From the IMG/VR virus record IMGVR_UViG_3300018876_000008, positions 32,001 through 96,000 of that record: a stretch of DNA of 64,000 nt; one strand, written 5' to 3'. Below the pieces are notes generated by a model. That model did not search any database. It was not told the DNA's origin and was given only the letters and a program-made list of their open reading frames with translations. Positions 1-8,776 of the stretch are shown here, in pieces (position 1 is the stretch's first letter; every line of letters begins with the position of its first letter). The DNA comes from a virus. Both the position numbers and the translations under genes were made by a program.

Positions 1-483
1 GAAGTTGAAAAGGTAATTGACGCTTTAGAAATAGGTGTTAATGTAGAGTTAGAACACACTACTGAAATGATGTTAGCATTTGAAATAGCTATGGACCATA
101 TCTATGAAGATTTAGATTACTATAATAAATTAGAAAAAATAGAATCTAAAGAGGCTACAACATCATCCTCCTCAGGACCATATGATGCTCCATTTGGGGG
201 ACCTAAAAGAGACCCATTAAAAATAGACACACCTAAAAGTGTTTATTCTAATTTAAGGTCAGTACAGGACAAAAACTTCCCAAAGTATGGAGGTAAAGGT
301 GGTACATATGTTAAAATTAAAGATAAGTGTAAAAAATTCCCTTACTGTAATCAAGGTGATATAAATGCTTTAGAATTCTTTGAAAATAACATAGTAAAAG
401 AAGCCATAAAACGAGTATCTCAAAAATATAACTTAGATAGTTCCTTTATAAAGGGGGTTATTATGGAGAAGTTAAATAAATAA
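1..483 (+). CDS. 5'-partial DUF5661-like phage protein
   Basis: Frame is open from base 1 (EVEKVIDALEIGVNVELEHT...EIAMDHIYEDLDYYNKL), matching the G-x-x-VE-x-EH...EIA-x-DH-x-x-E...YY-x-KL pattern of DUF5661. The track start at 67 is internal. Confidence 0.65.
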   Translation, partial: EVEKVIDALEIGVNVELEHTTEMMLAFEIAMDHIYEDLDYYNKLEKIESKEATTSSSSGPYDAPFGGPKRDPLKIDTPKSVYSNLRSVQDKNFPKYGGKGGTYVKIKDKCKKFPYCNQGDINALEFFENNIVKEAIKRVSQKYNLDSSFIKGVIMEKLNK

Positions 484-497
484 TTGATACTTACTAT

Positions 498-505
498 ATA
501 TTTAT
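498..505 (+). promoter_or_regulatory. ATATTTAT putative phage late promoter (one of ~20 copies)
   Basis: Lies 15 nt upstream of the ATG at 521. The same octamer recurs a short distance upstream of many gene starts on both strands. Confidence 0.65.
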
Positions 506-520
506 AATAAAAATACTGAT

Positions 521-1606
521 ATGAAAGATATTGAAAATATGATTGAAAACCTTGTTGAAAGAGTTCTAAGCGAGGAAGTCAATAAAAAAGTTAAAGATAT
601 TACTGAATCTGTTTCGGGTGAAATCGATGAAATGGAAGAGTATTACGAAGTAGCCAAAAATCGTAAAGAAGATAGAATGGCTAAAAAAGAAGAATCAAAA
701 GAAGGAATGGGTAAAATGCCAGAATTAAGAGACAAATTCGATGGAAGAGACTCTAAGGTTGTTGGTGTCTATTCTGATATAGATAAGCAACGTGAGGAAA
801 TGGAAGAAGAGGAAGTTGAAGAAGGAAATAAATTTAGTGGTGCGAGAGCAGAGGCTATTAAAAATGGAGAAAAAGAGTTTACTGTTGATGGTGAAACTTA
901 CCCTGTTGAAGATGAAGAAGATGAGGTTAAAAGTGAATCTAAAAAACAGACTCTTCAATTAACTGAAGATGAAATGATTGAACTTATCCAAAGAATAGTA
1001 AAAGAACAAAAAATTGAAGGTATTTCATCTGAAAAAAAATCAATGAAAACTTCTAAAAAAGATAATGAAGATTACATTAAGTCCGTAACTAAAAAAATGA
1101 CAGAATATCTTAAAGACGCTGATGAAGGAAAGTATGAAGCTAACCCTACAGAGTTCCCAAAAGGTAATGGAGATAGAAAAGATGATAAGATGATGTACAC
1201 TGCCTCTAAAGGGGTTGAAGAGTATATAGACCAAATAGCACGTTCAGGGGGTATGGAAAACTTAGACTACGACCAAATCAAACCTGACGAAGAATGGTTA
1301 GACCTTAACATACTTGGTTCGTCAGAAACAGGTAATAATCCTGAATGGGGCAATGCGGTTAAAACAGACACAGGAGAAAAAGTTAAAGATAGAATGGATA
1401 AAAACGTTCTTGCTAAACTTAAGAAACAGTCATATAACAAAGCACCTCAACCTGTTACAGATTTTGCTGGTAAAAAAACACATGATGAAGACATGGCAGG
1501 TATTGAAGTAGCTGAATCAAAAACTGAAAACAAAAAGAAAGAAAAAGTAAATGAGGAAATTGATAAAATGAAAAAATTAATTTCTCACAATTACAAAACT
1601 CAGTAA
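521..1606 (+). CDS. Highly charged putative head/core (scaffold-like) protein
   Basis: 361 aa, E/K-rich, with many [ILV]xE sites (VLSEE, ITES, VEEG, VKEQ, VNEE); preceded by ATATTTAT. Confidence 0.5.
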   Translation: MKDIENMIENLVERVLSEEVNKKVKDITESVSGEIDEMEEYYEVAKNRKEDRMAKKEESKEGMGKMPELRDKFDGRDSKVVGVYSDIDKQREEMEEEEVEEGNKFSGARAEAIKNGEKEFTVDGETYPVEDEEDEVKSESKKQTLQLTEDEMIELIQRIVKEQKIEGISSEKKSMKTSKKDNEDYIKSVTKKMTEYLKDADEGKYEANPTEFPKGNGDRKDDKMMYTASKGVEEYIDQIARSGGMENLDYDQIKPDEEWLDLNILGSSETGNNPEWGNAVKTDTGEKVKDRMDKNVLAKLKKQSYNKAPQPVTDFAGKKTHDEDMAGIEVAESKTENKKKEKVNEEIDKMKKLISHNYKTQ

Positions 1607-1650
1607 ACAATAAAACTTTATATTTTTTTGGTCCATTCTATATTTTTAAT

Positions 1651-2136
1651 ATGAAAAGATATAGTATGGACCAATTTTTTAACTGGCTATCTAAACCTAT
1701 GAAAAAGGAGGATGTAGAAATATGGAATCGCGCCAACAATATTATTCCTGAATATTGTGATTTATTTGAGGACTTTAGTTTTTCCTTATTTTTTTTAGTT
1801 AGTACCACTTATTTAGGTTTTAGTCACGGTGAGAATAATATGACTAAAATTGGTGTAAGTAATGTTGAAAAAGTAAAACACTTTCAATGGTGTTGGAATA
1901 AGACTATCAAAAATTTTAATAAAGAAAATATAGTTTTCGACTTTAATAAAAGTGATTACGACTATTTCGAATCTTTCTATATGGAAGTATTTTATGACCA
2001 ACGAGATGAAAAGGTGAGGGACACTATTGAAACTTTCCTAAAGGAGTTATTCAATAGGAAAAGAGCGGTTACAAAATCTGATATGGAAATGTTTACTGAT
2101 TTATATAAGACATTAGAACGTTCACTTAAAATATAA
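1651..2136 (+). CDS. Hypothetical protein
   Basis: 161-aa ORF with typical composition, in an operon-like run. Confidence 0.7.
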   Translation: MKRYSMDQFFNWLSKPMKKEDVEIWNRANNIIPEYCDLFEDFSFSLFFLVSTTYLGFSHGENNMTKIGVSNVEKVKHFQWCWNKTIKNFNKENIVFDFNKSDYDYFESFYMEVFYDQRDEKVRDTIETFLKELFNRKRAVTKSDMEMFTDLYKTLERSLKI

Positions 2137-2215
2137 TTTTTTCCTTTTCTATTTACTATGAGCAATATAAAATTAACTTTTTACTAAAATAAACTAAAAT
2201 AAGATTTTTAAAAAA

Positions 2216-2386
2216 ATGGAAACATTAGAAACAATTAAAGGACTAGTCGAAGAACTTTCAGTGGACACTACTAAGTTCTATGGTGGTAACAAATCTGCCG
2301 GTGTAAGGGCTAGAAAAAGCGCACAACAACTAAAAGCACTTTTACAAGATTTAAGAAAAGAAATTTTGGAAGAAAAAAATAAGTAA
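2216..2386 (+). CDS. Histone H1-like protein (Hc1 family), missing from the ORF track
   Basis: METLETIKGLVEELSVDTTKFYGGNKSAGVRARKSAQQLKALLQDLRKEILEEKNK (56 aa). GNKSAGxRARK is the hallmark of Bacteroidota/Chlamydia Hc1-type proteins. Confidence 0.85.
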   Translation: METLETIKGLVEELSVDTTKFYGGNKSAGVRARKSAQQLKALLQDLRKEILEEKNK

Positions 2387-2390
2387 GTCT

Positions 2391-2588
2391 ATGTTAGAGA
2401 ATGTAATGACATATATCACTATTTTTACTGCGGTATTTTCAACATTATCACTATTAAGATTAGCTATTAACTTTATTAGAGCTCTCCTCTCCAATCCACC
2501 TAAAAAGTTTGAGATTGGCGGGAGAGCAATAATATATTATGGTATTTGTTTATCATATTTAATAACACTATCAATAATATCATTATGA
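2391..2588 (+). CDS. Small two-TM membrane protein
   Basis: Two hydrophobic segments; stop overlaps the next start (ATGA). Confidence 0.65.
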   Translation: MLENVMTYITIFTAVFSTLSLLRLAINFIRALLSNPPKKFEIGGRAIIYYGICLSYLITLSIISL

Positions 2589-3046
2589 GTACATATTATA
2601 ACTTTTTAGAAAAAATACATCCGTATTTAAAGTCAGTCAGAAAACTAAAGACTCACGTTAGTTATGATTTAATATTTTCAGATAGATGGTCAATACCTAA
2701 AAACAAGGCTAAAAATATTGAAATAGTTAAGAACGGTGTGGAAGCGGGGTATATACAATTATCTTTTGTTTGTCCGATTAATCGTGATACGGTTGGTGAA
2801 GTTGAAAGTTTTATAGACGGTATTATTAAATCTAACCAAGAAAGAGAAGAGAAAGAAAAACTATTTAGGTCGAAAGTTCAAGAATTAAAAGGTATTTTTG
2901 AAAAACAAAAATTAGAAGATTTAAAAGGTTTAAAATTTGATGTTGATGAAATAACTAGTTTAATAAATTCAAATGAAGGAGATATCGAATCAGGACATAC
3001 AGAAGGAGCTGAAGTTACTACAGACGGAACGACTAAAGTCGATTAA
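2585..3046 (+). CDS. Hypothetical protein (start re-called to 2585, MSTYYNF)
   Basis: ATGA overlap with the upstream stop; coiled-coil-like C-terminal half. Confidence 0.65.
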   Translation: MSTYYNFLEKIHPYLKSVRKLKTHVSYDLIFSDRWSIPKNKAKNIEIVKNGVEAGYIQLSFVCPINRDTVGEVESFIDGIIKSNQEREEKEKLFRSKVQELKGIFEKQKLEDLKGLKFDVDEITSLINSNEGDIESGHTEGAEVTTDGTTKVD

Positions 3047-3182
3047 AGAAATTGAATCCTCCAAAAACTTATTCATTAAGGAAATAAAATCCTTAAAAAA
3101 AGATAGTGTGTCTAATACTATTTTTGTTGAAAAAAAATATACAATATGGGAAAGGATAAGAAAAGTTTTAGGGATGAGTTAG
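2973..3182 (+). CDS. Hypothetical protein
   Basis: 69-aa ORF overlapping its neighbours. Confidence 0.55.
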   Translation: MKEISNQDIQKELKLLQTERLKSIKEIESSKNLFIKEIKSLKKDSVSNTIFVEKKYTIWERIRKVLGMS

Positions 3183-3373
3183 AAAAGTTAGCTAATATTT
3201 CTCAGTTAGTCGACAATTCAATTTTGTCAAAGGGAGATGTTAATATAATAATAGAGTTAGAATCTAAAGAATATTTAAAAATAATCAAAAATTTTGCGGA
3301 TATTTATAAAAAGTCAGAAGAATTCGTAATTGAAATCTCTGATACTAAATTTACGTTCGTTTTGAAAAAGTAG
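3146..3373 (+). CDS. Hypothetical protein
   Basis: 75-aa ORF. Confidence 0.55.
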   Translation: MGKDKKSFRDELEKLANISQLVDNSILSKGDVNIIIELESKEYLKIIKNFADIYKKSEEFVIEISDTKFTFVLKK

Positions 3374-3995
3374 TAGTCTGTCTATATAACTTCTTTTTAT
3401 CAAATCCATTTTTAACTAATAAATCATACATCCATTTTCTTTGTGTTGTTGAGACATCCTTAACAAATATTGAATCATTTCTATTGTTATCTCTGAAATA
3501 CTGTTCCATAGTTTCTAAAAGTCTATGAGAATCCTGAATATTTTTTAAACTGAATACTCTAAACACATCATTTATTTGTATTACCAATTTGTTATTTAAA
3601 GTCGAAATACTTTTCATTTCTTTTTTAATACAATATTTTGATATTAATTTATCAAATCCGATTCTTTTATTGGTTTGCCAATCAAATACTTTTTCTTCAA
3701 CTCGATAAGGTTTTATATCTTTTATGATATAGTCTGAATCGTCAGACATAAAAATTTCTTCATTACGCCCAATCTCGTCTTCAACGAATAGTGGTATTTG
3801 AAATGAGTCTTGATTACTTAATAATGCTAGTTCATATTTAGATTCTTCCGCATTTTCGTATCTTACCTCAAAATAACAATTATTATTTTTAATAAGAGAT
3901 TTAAATTTATCACGAGCACGTTTCTCTGACTGATAACCTTTGATTATCTTTTTCTTTTTCTTATTCTTAAATAATACAATTATATAATTCTGCAT
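3351..3995 (-). CDS. Hypothetical basic protein
   Basis: 214-aa ORF; its start codon overlaps the dnaJ start in CATG. Confidence 0.7.
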   Translation of the reverse strand: MQNYIIVLFKNKKKKKIIKGYQSEKRARDKFKSLIKNNNCYFEVRYENAEESKYELALLSNQDSFQIPLFVEDEIGRNEEIFMSDDSDYIIKDIKPYRVEEKVFDWQTNKRIGFDKLISKYCIKKEMKSISTLNNKLVIQINDVFRVFSLKNIQDSHRLLETMEQYFRDNNRNDSIFVKDVSTTQRKWMYDLLVKNGFDKKKLYRQTTTFSKRT

Positions 3996-4947
3996 GAAGA
4001 ACTATTATCAAATTTTAGGTGTTAATAAAGACGCTTCTCAATCGGAGATTAAAAAAGCGTATAGAAAATTAAGTAAACAATATCATCCAGATGTCAACCC
4101 TCAAGGGGAAGATAAATTCAAAGAAATTGTTGAAGCTTATGATATTTTAGGTGATGAAGGTAAAAGAAAACAGTATGACAACCCAAATCCTTTTGGTGGT
4201 GGTAATCCATTTGATGCATTCAGTCAAATGTTTAATAGACAACGTAGACCACAAAAACCTAAGGTAAAAGATAGGATAATAAAAGTTACCTTAACTCCTG
4301 AACAATCCTTTAAGGGTCTTAATAAAGAATTAACATATAAATCTAAAGAATCTTGTCAAATGTGTGCCGGAACAGGAGGTAACAAAAATGTATGTACATC
4401 ATGTTCTGGAAGAGGAGTACACCAACAGAAAGTTGGTACGGGATTTTTTACTCAAATAGTTGAGACACAATGTCCAAGTTGCCAAGGTAGAGGTCAAATA
4501 GTGATTGACCCATGTATTAATTGTAATGGAGTAGGTGCAATCGATAAATTTAAAAACATTAGAGTTGATATACCTAAAGGGGTTGACACAGGAGATTTTT
4601 TAAGGGTTAATGGAAAAGGTGATTTTATAAATGGTATACAAGGAGATTTATTAGTACAAATTAATTTGATAAAAAGTAAGTATGAAAAGGTTGGTAATGA
4701 TTTGGTATTTCAACTGATAATTAGTCCTATTGACATGATTACTAACCAAACACTAATAGTCTCACACCCTGACGGGGACTTACAAATTAACTTACCAAAG
4801 GAGTTAAGTACGGAAAAACCCCTTAGAATAAAATCTAAAGGGTTTGTAACTAAGAGGGGTATTGGTGATTTTTATATCAAAATTTCAGTAATAAATAAAC
4901 AGATTACTGAAGATGATAAATCTAAACTTAAAGAATTATTTAAGTAA
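3994..4947 (+). CDS. dnaJ: DnaJ/Hsp40 co-chaperone
   Basis: J domain with HPD, short G/F region, four CxxCxGxG repeats and a C-terminal substrate-binding domain. Confidence 0.95.
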   Translation: MKNYYQILGVNKDASQSEIKKAYRKLSKQYHPDVNPQGEDKFKEIVEAYDILGDEGKRKQYDNPNPFGGGNPFDAFSQMFNRQRRPQKPKVKDRIIKVTLTPEQSFKGLNKELTYKSKESCQMCAGTGGNKNVCTSCSGRGVHQQKVGTGFFTQIVETQCPSCQGRGQIVIDPCINCNGVGAIDKFKNIRVDIPKGVDTGDFLRVNGKGDFINGIQGDLLVQINLIKSKYEKVGNDLVFQLIISPIDMITNQTLIVSHPDGDLQINLPKELSTEKPLRIKSKGFVTKRGIGDFYIKISVINKQITEDDKSKLKELFK

Positions 4948-5115
4948 CGTTCCAATAAGTTGAATTAATTTTATAGTCCCGTATATTGATGTACCCAACA
5001 TGTAGAATGAAATTAATACTACAAATTTTTGACTAACATTTAAACCCTTATTACAGGTCTTACACTTTTTGTCTTTTTTTATTTCTTCTCCCTTAACTGT
5101 ATACTCTTTTGACAT
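4936..5115 (-). CDS. Small CxxC + TM protein, missing from the ORF track
   Basis: [59 protein letters not shown] (59 aa) fills the gap. Confidence 0.6.
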   Translation of the reverse strand: MSKEYTVKGEEIKKDKKCKTCNKGLNVSQKFVVLISFYMLGTSIYGTIKLIQLIGTLLK

Positions 5116-5182
5116 AATATTATTTTTAATACGTCTAATTTAAGTAAAAAACATTACTTTGTAAATCAATATATAAATAATA

Positions 5183-5539
5183 TTAGTCTTTAGTTGCCAC
5201 TAAAAAGTTAATATCGGTGATTATCTTAGCTCTTGACTTTAGACCGTTAGAATATGTCACTTCAACATAATCATTATCAAGGTAATGTTTCCACACACCA
5301 TGTTTTACTCCATTCTTAAACTTACCTATAACTAATAAGTTTCCACTTTTGTCATATTGTTTCCATATACCAATATGTTTACCATTTTCATTGTATGTCC
5401 CTTCTTCTAATATTATTCCTGTTTCAGATGTTTTTGTATAGACAATATTATTGTCAAAATCTCTAACATATGTTTTTTGTTCTTGAGACAGTACACTTAT
5501 TGAAAATAACATAGACATAATTAATAATAAATTTCTCAT
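5183..5539 (-). CDS. Secreted MORN-variant repeat (YwqK-like) protein
   Basis: Signal peptide plus repeats GTYNENGKHIGIWKQY / GKFKNGVKHGVWKHY. Confidence 0.75.
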   Translation of the reverse strand: MRNLLLIMSMLFSISVLSQEQKTYVRDFDNNIVYTKTSETGIILEEGTYNENGKHIGIWKQYDKSGNLLVIGKFKNGVKHGVWKHYLDNDYVEVTYSNGLKSRAKIITDINFLVATKD

Positions 5540-5614
5540 AATTATTGTTATTTAGATTAGGTTTATTTTATACCACTTCAGTGATAAAATATGTTACTCA
5601 TTTTAATATTTCAA

Positions 5615-5652
5615 TAACTGTTTGGTAACAGTTTGGTAACATTTAGTTAACA
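5615..5652. repeat. Four TAAC direct repeats at 11-bp period
   Basis: taactgtttgg taacagtttgg taacatttagt taaca; TAAC starts at 5615, 5626, 5637 and 5648. Confidence 0.7.
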
Positions 5653-5733
5653 ATAAATATAGTTAAAATTGATAATATGTCTATAAAATCATTCATTTTA
5701 AACTCCTTTGTATATTTATAATAAAAAAATATT

Positions 5734-5946
5734 ATGAAAAAAATTTTAGATTTTATTAAAAATGTTTACAATTTAGTTAAGAATTGGATTGTTGGAAACG
5801 GTATCGAAGGTGTAGTTGGGCTAATTGCAGGTTTATTACTATGGTCATTCGGTTATAAGATTTATGCAGGTTTCGCATTTGGTGTATTTGCAACCAGAAA
5901 TTGGGAACTACTTAAATCTTGGGTAATTAAGAAGATTGGTAAATAA
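5734..5946 (+). CDS. Small membrane protein (possible holin-like)
   Basis: Gly-rich TM segments; ATATTTAT at 5712-5719; followed by a terminator. Confidence 0.6.
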   Translation: MKKILDFIKNVYNLVKNWIVGNGIEGVVGLIAGLLLWSFGYKIYAGFAFGVFATRNWELLKSWVIKKIGK

Positions 5947-5951
5947 GAAAT

Positions 5952-5980
5952 AAAAAACCTCACTTCGGTGGGGTTTTTTT
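5952..5980 (+). terminator. Intrinsic terminator
   Basis: aaaaaacctcac-TTCG-gtggggtttttt hairpin with T run. Confidence 0.85.
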
Positions 5981-5990
5981 ATGGTTTACA

Positions 5991-6021
5991 TTTGCTTTTT
6001 GAATATTTTTTACTATGTTTG
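5991..6021 (+). promoter_or_regulatory. Bacteroidota-type primary-sigma promoter
   Basis: TTTG (5991-5994), 19-nt spacer, TATGTTTG (6014-6021), upstream of dam. Confidence 0.7.
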
Positions 6022-6036
6022 TAAAAAAGAAAAATT

Positions 6037-6954
6037 ATGTTATCATATATCGGAGGTAAAAGTAGAATAGGTAAATGGATAGTAGAGTACTATCCAACAG
6101 ACATGGAGGTCTATTTAGAAACATTTGGAGGAATGTTTTGGTGTTTTTATAATATGGACTTAGATTTATATCCTAATCTTAAGAAAGTGGTTTATAATGA
6201 TTTTAATCCACTAAACTATAATTTGTTTCTTTGTATTCAGAATCCAACAGAATTACTTAAAGCTGTTGAAAATATACCTTGTCAACAAAAAGGGGTTTAT
6301 CCAACGCCACCAATGTATAAAGATTTATTTAATGAGTTTCAGAAAGAAATATTTGCAGACTCGTATACTACAATCAAAAAACCTAATTATGAATTGGCCG
6401 CTAAATATGCTTATGTTCTAACTCAAGTTTTTAGTGGTAGTAAACCTGAAACATCAAGTTTCATTGACCTTAAAGGGAAGTATAAATCAAAATACTTAAC
6501 ATTTAGAGATAAATTAAAGAATGATAAGTGGGTTAAAAAATTCTTAGCGGTCACTCACGTTGAGAATATGGATTTTGATGACGTAATTGAAAAATATGAT
6601 TCACCAACAACGTATATATATTTAGACCCACCGTATTGGAAAACTGAAAATTATTATTCTAATCATGATTTTGACCGAAATGACCATGAAAGACTTGCCA
6701 ACACCTTGCAAAATGTAAAAGGTAAATTTTCATTATCTTACTACGACTTTGACCTTTTACATACTTGGTTTCCTAAAACTAAATTCGCTTGGGCGGAAAA
6801 AGATTTTGCTAAAGCTGCTGCGGCATCTAAAGGTAAAAAACAAAATAAAGGTACTGAGTTATTGATTATGAATTATACTATAAAAGGTATAACATCGTTT
6901 GAAGTTAAAACAGAAAATGAAATCAATAGAGGTCAACTTTCTTTAGACCTATAA
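6037..6954 (+). CDS. dam: Dam-family (D12 class) DNA adenine methyltransferase
   Basis: YIGGKS, ETFGG, VYNDFN and the catalytic DPPY motif. Confidence 0.88.
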   Translation: MLSYIGGKSRIGKWIVEYYPTDMEVYLETFGGMFWCFYNMDLDLYPNLKKVVYNDFNPLNYNLFLCIQNPTELLKAVENIPCQQKGVYPTPPMYKDLFNEFQKEIFADSYTTIKKPNYELAAKYAYVLTQVFSGSKPETSSFIDLKGKYKSKYLTFRDKLKNDKWVKKFLAVTHVENMDFDDVIEKYDSPTTYIYLDPPYWKTENYYSNHDFDRNDHERLANTLQNVKGKFSLSYYDFDLLHTWFPKTKFAWAEKDFAKAAAASKGKKQNKGTELLIMNYTIKGITSFEVKTENEINRGQLSLDL

Positions 6955-7032
6955 TTACATACACTTCTTATACAATATAAAAAATAGAATATTTTTAATT
7001 TATAACATATTTATATGAAAACGAATAGAGAT

Positions 7033-8361
7033 ATGAAGTTTAATAAAATCATTAAAAGTATTATAGTAGAACAGGGTCGTTATGAGATTCTGAAAAAAAC
7101 CTATACTCAACCTAAAAAAAAAGGTGAGAAGGTTAAGCCCGCAAAAATGTCACTTGAACAACTTAACAAAATAGTTTTAGCTGACCCAACCACTCGAAGA
7201 GACGGTGAAAATATTAAAAAGGCAGGAAAATACGTAAATTGGATTATAAAACAATTTTTACAGATTGAACCAAAAATAGAGTCTCAATATGGTTCGCCTC
7301 AATTCAAAAAAGATTTAAAGGAGAAAACTGATTTGTTTTTTGAGGATTTGTATAAAACTACTGAAGATTTAACTAAATTTGATAGATTTAAAGGCCAACT
7401 AGATAGTGAATTAAGAGATATAAACAAATTAACTATTGATACTTTATTTAATTCAGTTAAAGACTTTAGTTTAGAAAAAGCCACGACTACTAAAGCTGAA
7501 AGAAAAAAGATGGATGTACATCCAGGGGCTGAACAAGTCTATAGCGGTTCTAAATATGATGTTTATATGATTGAAGACCAAGGAGACCTTGGTAAAGAAG
7601 CCGCATGTTTCTATGGGGGACAAAATAAAGAAACACGTTGGTGTACATCAGCACCTGGTCTCTCATATTTTAACACTTACATTAAGCAAGGTCCTTTATA
7701 CGTATTAATTGATAAGACTGACACCGAAGTAGGTGATGTGTCAGGATTACCAAAACATAGATATCAATTCCATTTCCCAAGTAATCAGTTTATGGATATT
7801 AATGATAGACAAATTAATCTAGTGGAATTTTTACTTGGAGAAGAGGAAGGGTTAAGAGAGTTCTTTAAACCTGAATTTATGAAGGGACTATCTAGTGCGG
7901 ACGGAACAGAGGTTACGGTTGAATACCCAAGAGATGCCGCTTCAAAGTTTATTGCCTTATATGGGTTTGATAAATTCTTTGAAGATTTACCTAATAATTT
8001 AGGTAGGTTAGATTTTATTAAAGGAAGTTCAGGTAGGTATGGTCAACAAGATAATAAAGACCTTAACATAAAAATACCAGAAAGTATTGGTAGATTCAAA
8101 AATATGTACGCATTACACCTTGACGGTATATTAGATGAGTTACCTTCAAGTATATCAAACTTAGAAGACTTAATGTTTTTATCACTTCCTAATAATAAAA
8201 ACCTTAAATCATTACCTAAAGAAATGGCGGAAAAGAATGGTGATGATTACAAAATGAAAAATTTAGCAGTTATAACTCTGGCAGGAACTAACCCTAATAT
8301 AGAAATTCCTGAAGAGGTTCAAAAAATGATTGACGAAAAAGGTATCAAAGTTTTTAAGTAA
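7033..8361 (+). CDS. WCT-domain phage protein with C-terminal leucine-rich repeats (start re-called to 7033)
   Basis: KYVNW, RDINKL, CFYGG...TRWCTS motifs; LRR-like IPESIGRFKNMYALHL / LPSSISNLEDLMFLSL / LKSLPKEM. ATATTTAT at 7007-7014 abuts the track ATG, which favours the ATG at 7033. Confidence 0.7.
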   Translation: MKFNKIIKSIIVEQGRYEILKKTYTQPKKKGEKVKPAKMSLEQLNKIVLADPTTRRDGENIKKAGKYVNWIIKQFLQIEPKIESQYGSPQFKKDLKEKTDLFFEDLYKTTEDLTKFDRFKGQLDSELRDINKLTIDTLFNSVKDFSLEKATTTKAERKKMDVHPGAEQVYSGSKYDVYMIEDQGDLGKEAACFYGGQNKETRWCTSAPGLSYFNTYIKQGPLYVLIDKTDTEVGDVSGLPKHRYQFHFPSNQFMDINDRQINLVEFLLGEEEGLREFFKPEFMKGLSSADGTEVTVEYPRDAASKFIALYGFDKFFEDLPNNLGRLDFIKGSSGRYGQQDNKDLNIKIPESIGRFKNMYALHLDGILDELPSSISNLEDLMFLSLPNNKNLKSLPKEMAEKNGDDYKMKNLAVITLAGTNPNIEIPEEVQKMIDEKGIKVFK

Positions 8362-8411
8362 ATCATTGAAATTCTGTTATATTTCATTTAGTTTTATTTA
8401 AAATTACTATT

Positions 8412-8699
8412 ATGTCAAACATAGATGTTGAAATATATTTCTCACAATTCAAAACTTTTTTTGTTGAAAACCCTAAAGAATTAAGAAAATTAATAGGGAG
8501 AGCTTCTGACGAAGAGTTTTTTAATGAAGTTTATCTTGAGATAAATAATAATCACGAAAGAGGTGAGGAAGTAGTATTAACACAAAAACAAATAATAGAA
8601 ATAGTTCTAAAAATTAATAAATCAAAACCTAAAGACATTAATGATACTGTAGATAGTATTTTCCAAAAAACTGATTTTGGTTTGATTTGTTTGAATTGA
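8412..8699 (+). CDS. Hypothetical protein
   Basis: 95-aa ORF. Confidence 0.65.
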   Translation: MSNIDVEIYFSQFKTFFVENPKELRKLIGRASDEEFFNEVYLEINNNHERGEEVVLTQKQIIEIVLKINKSKPKDINDTVDSIFQKTDFGLICLN

Positions 8700-8776
8700 T
8701 ATCTTATCCATACCCTTTATTTATTTTTCTAATTATTTATTTTGAATATATAATAAACTAATAATTTATATGATAA

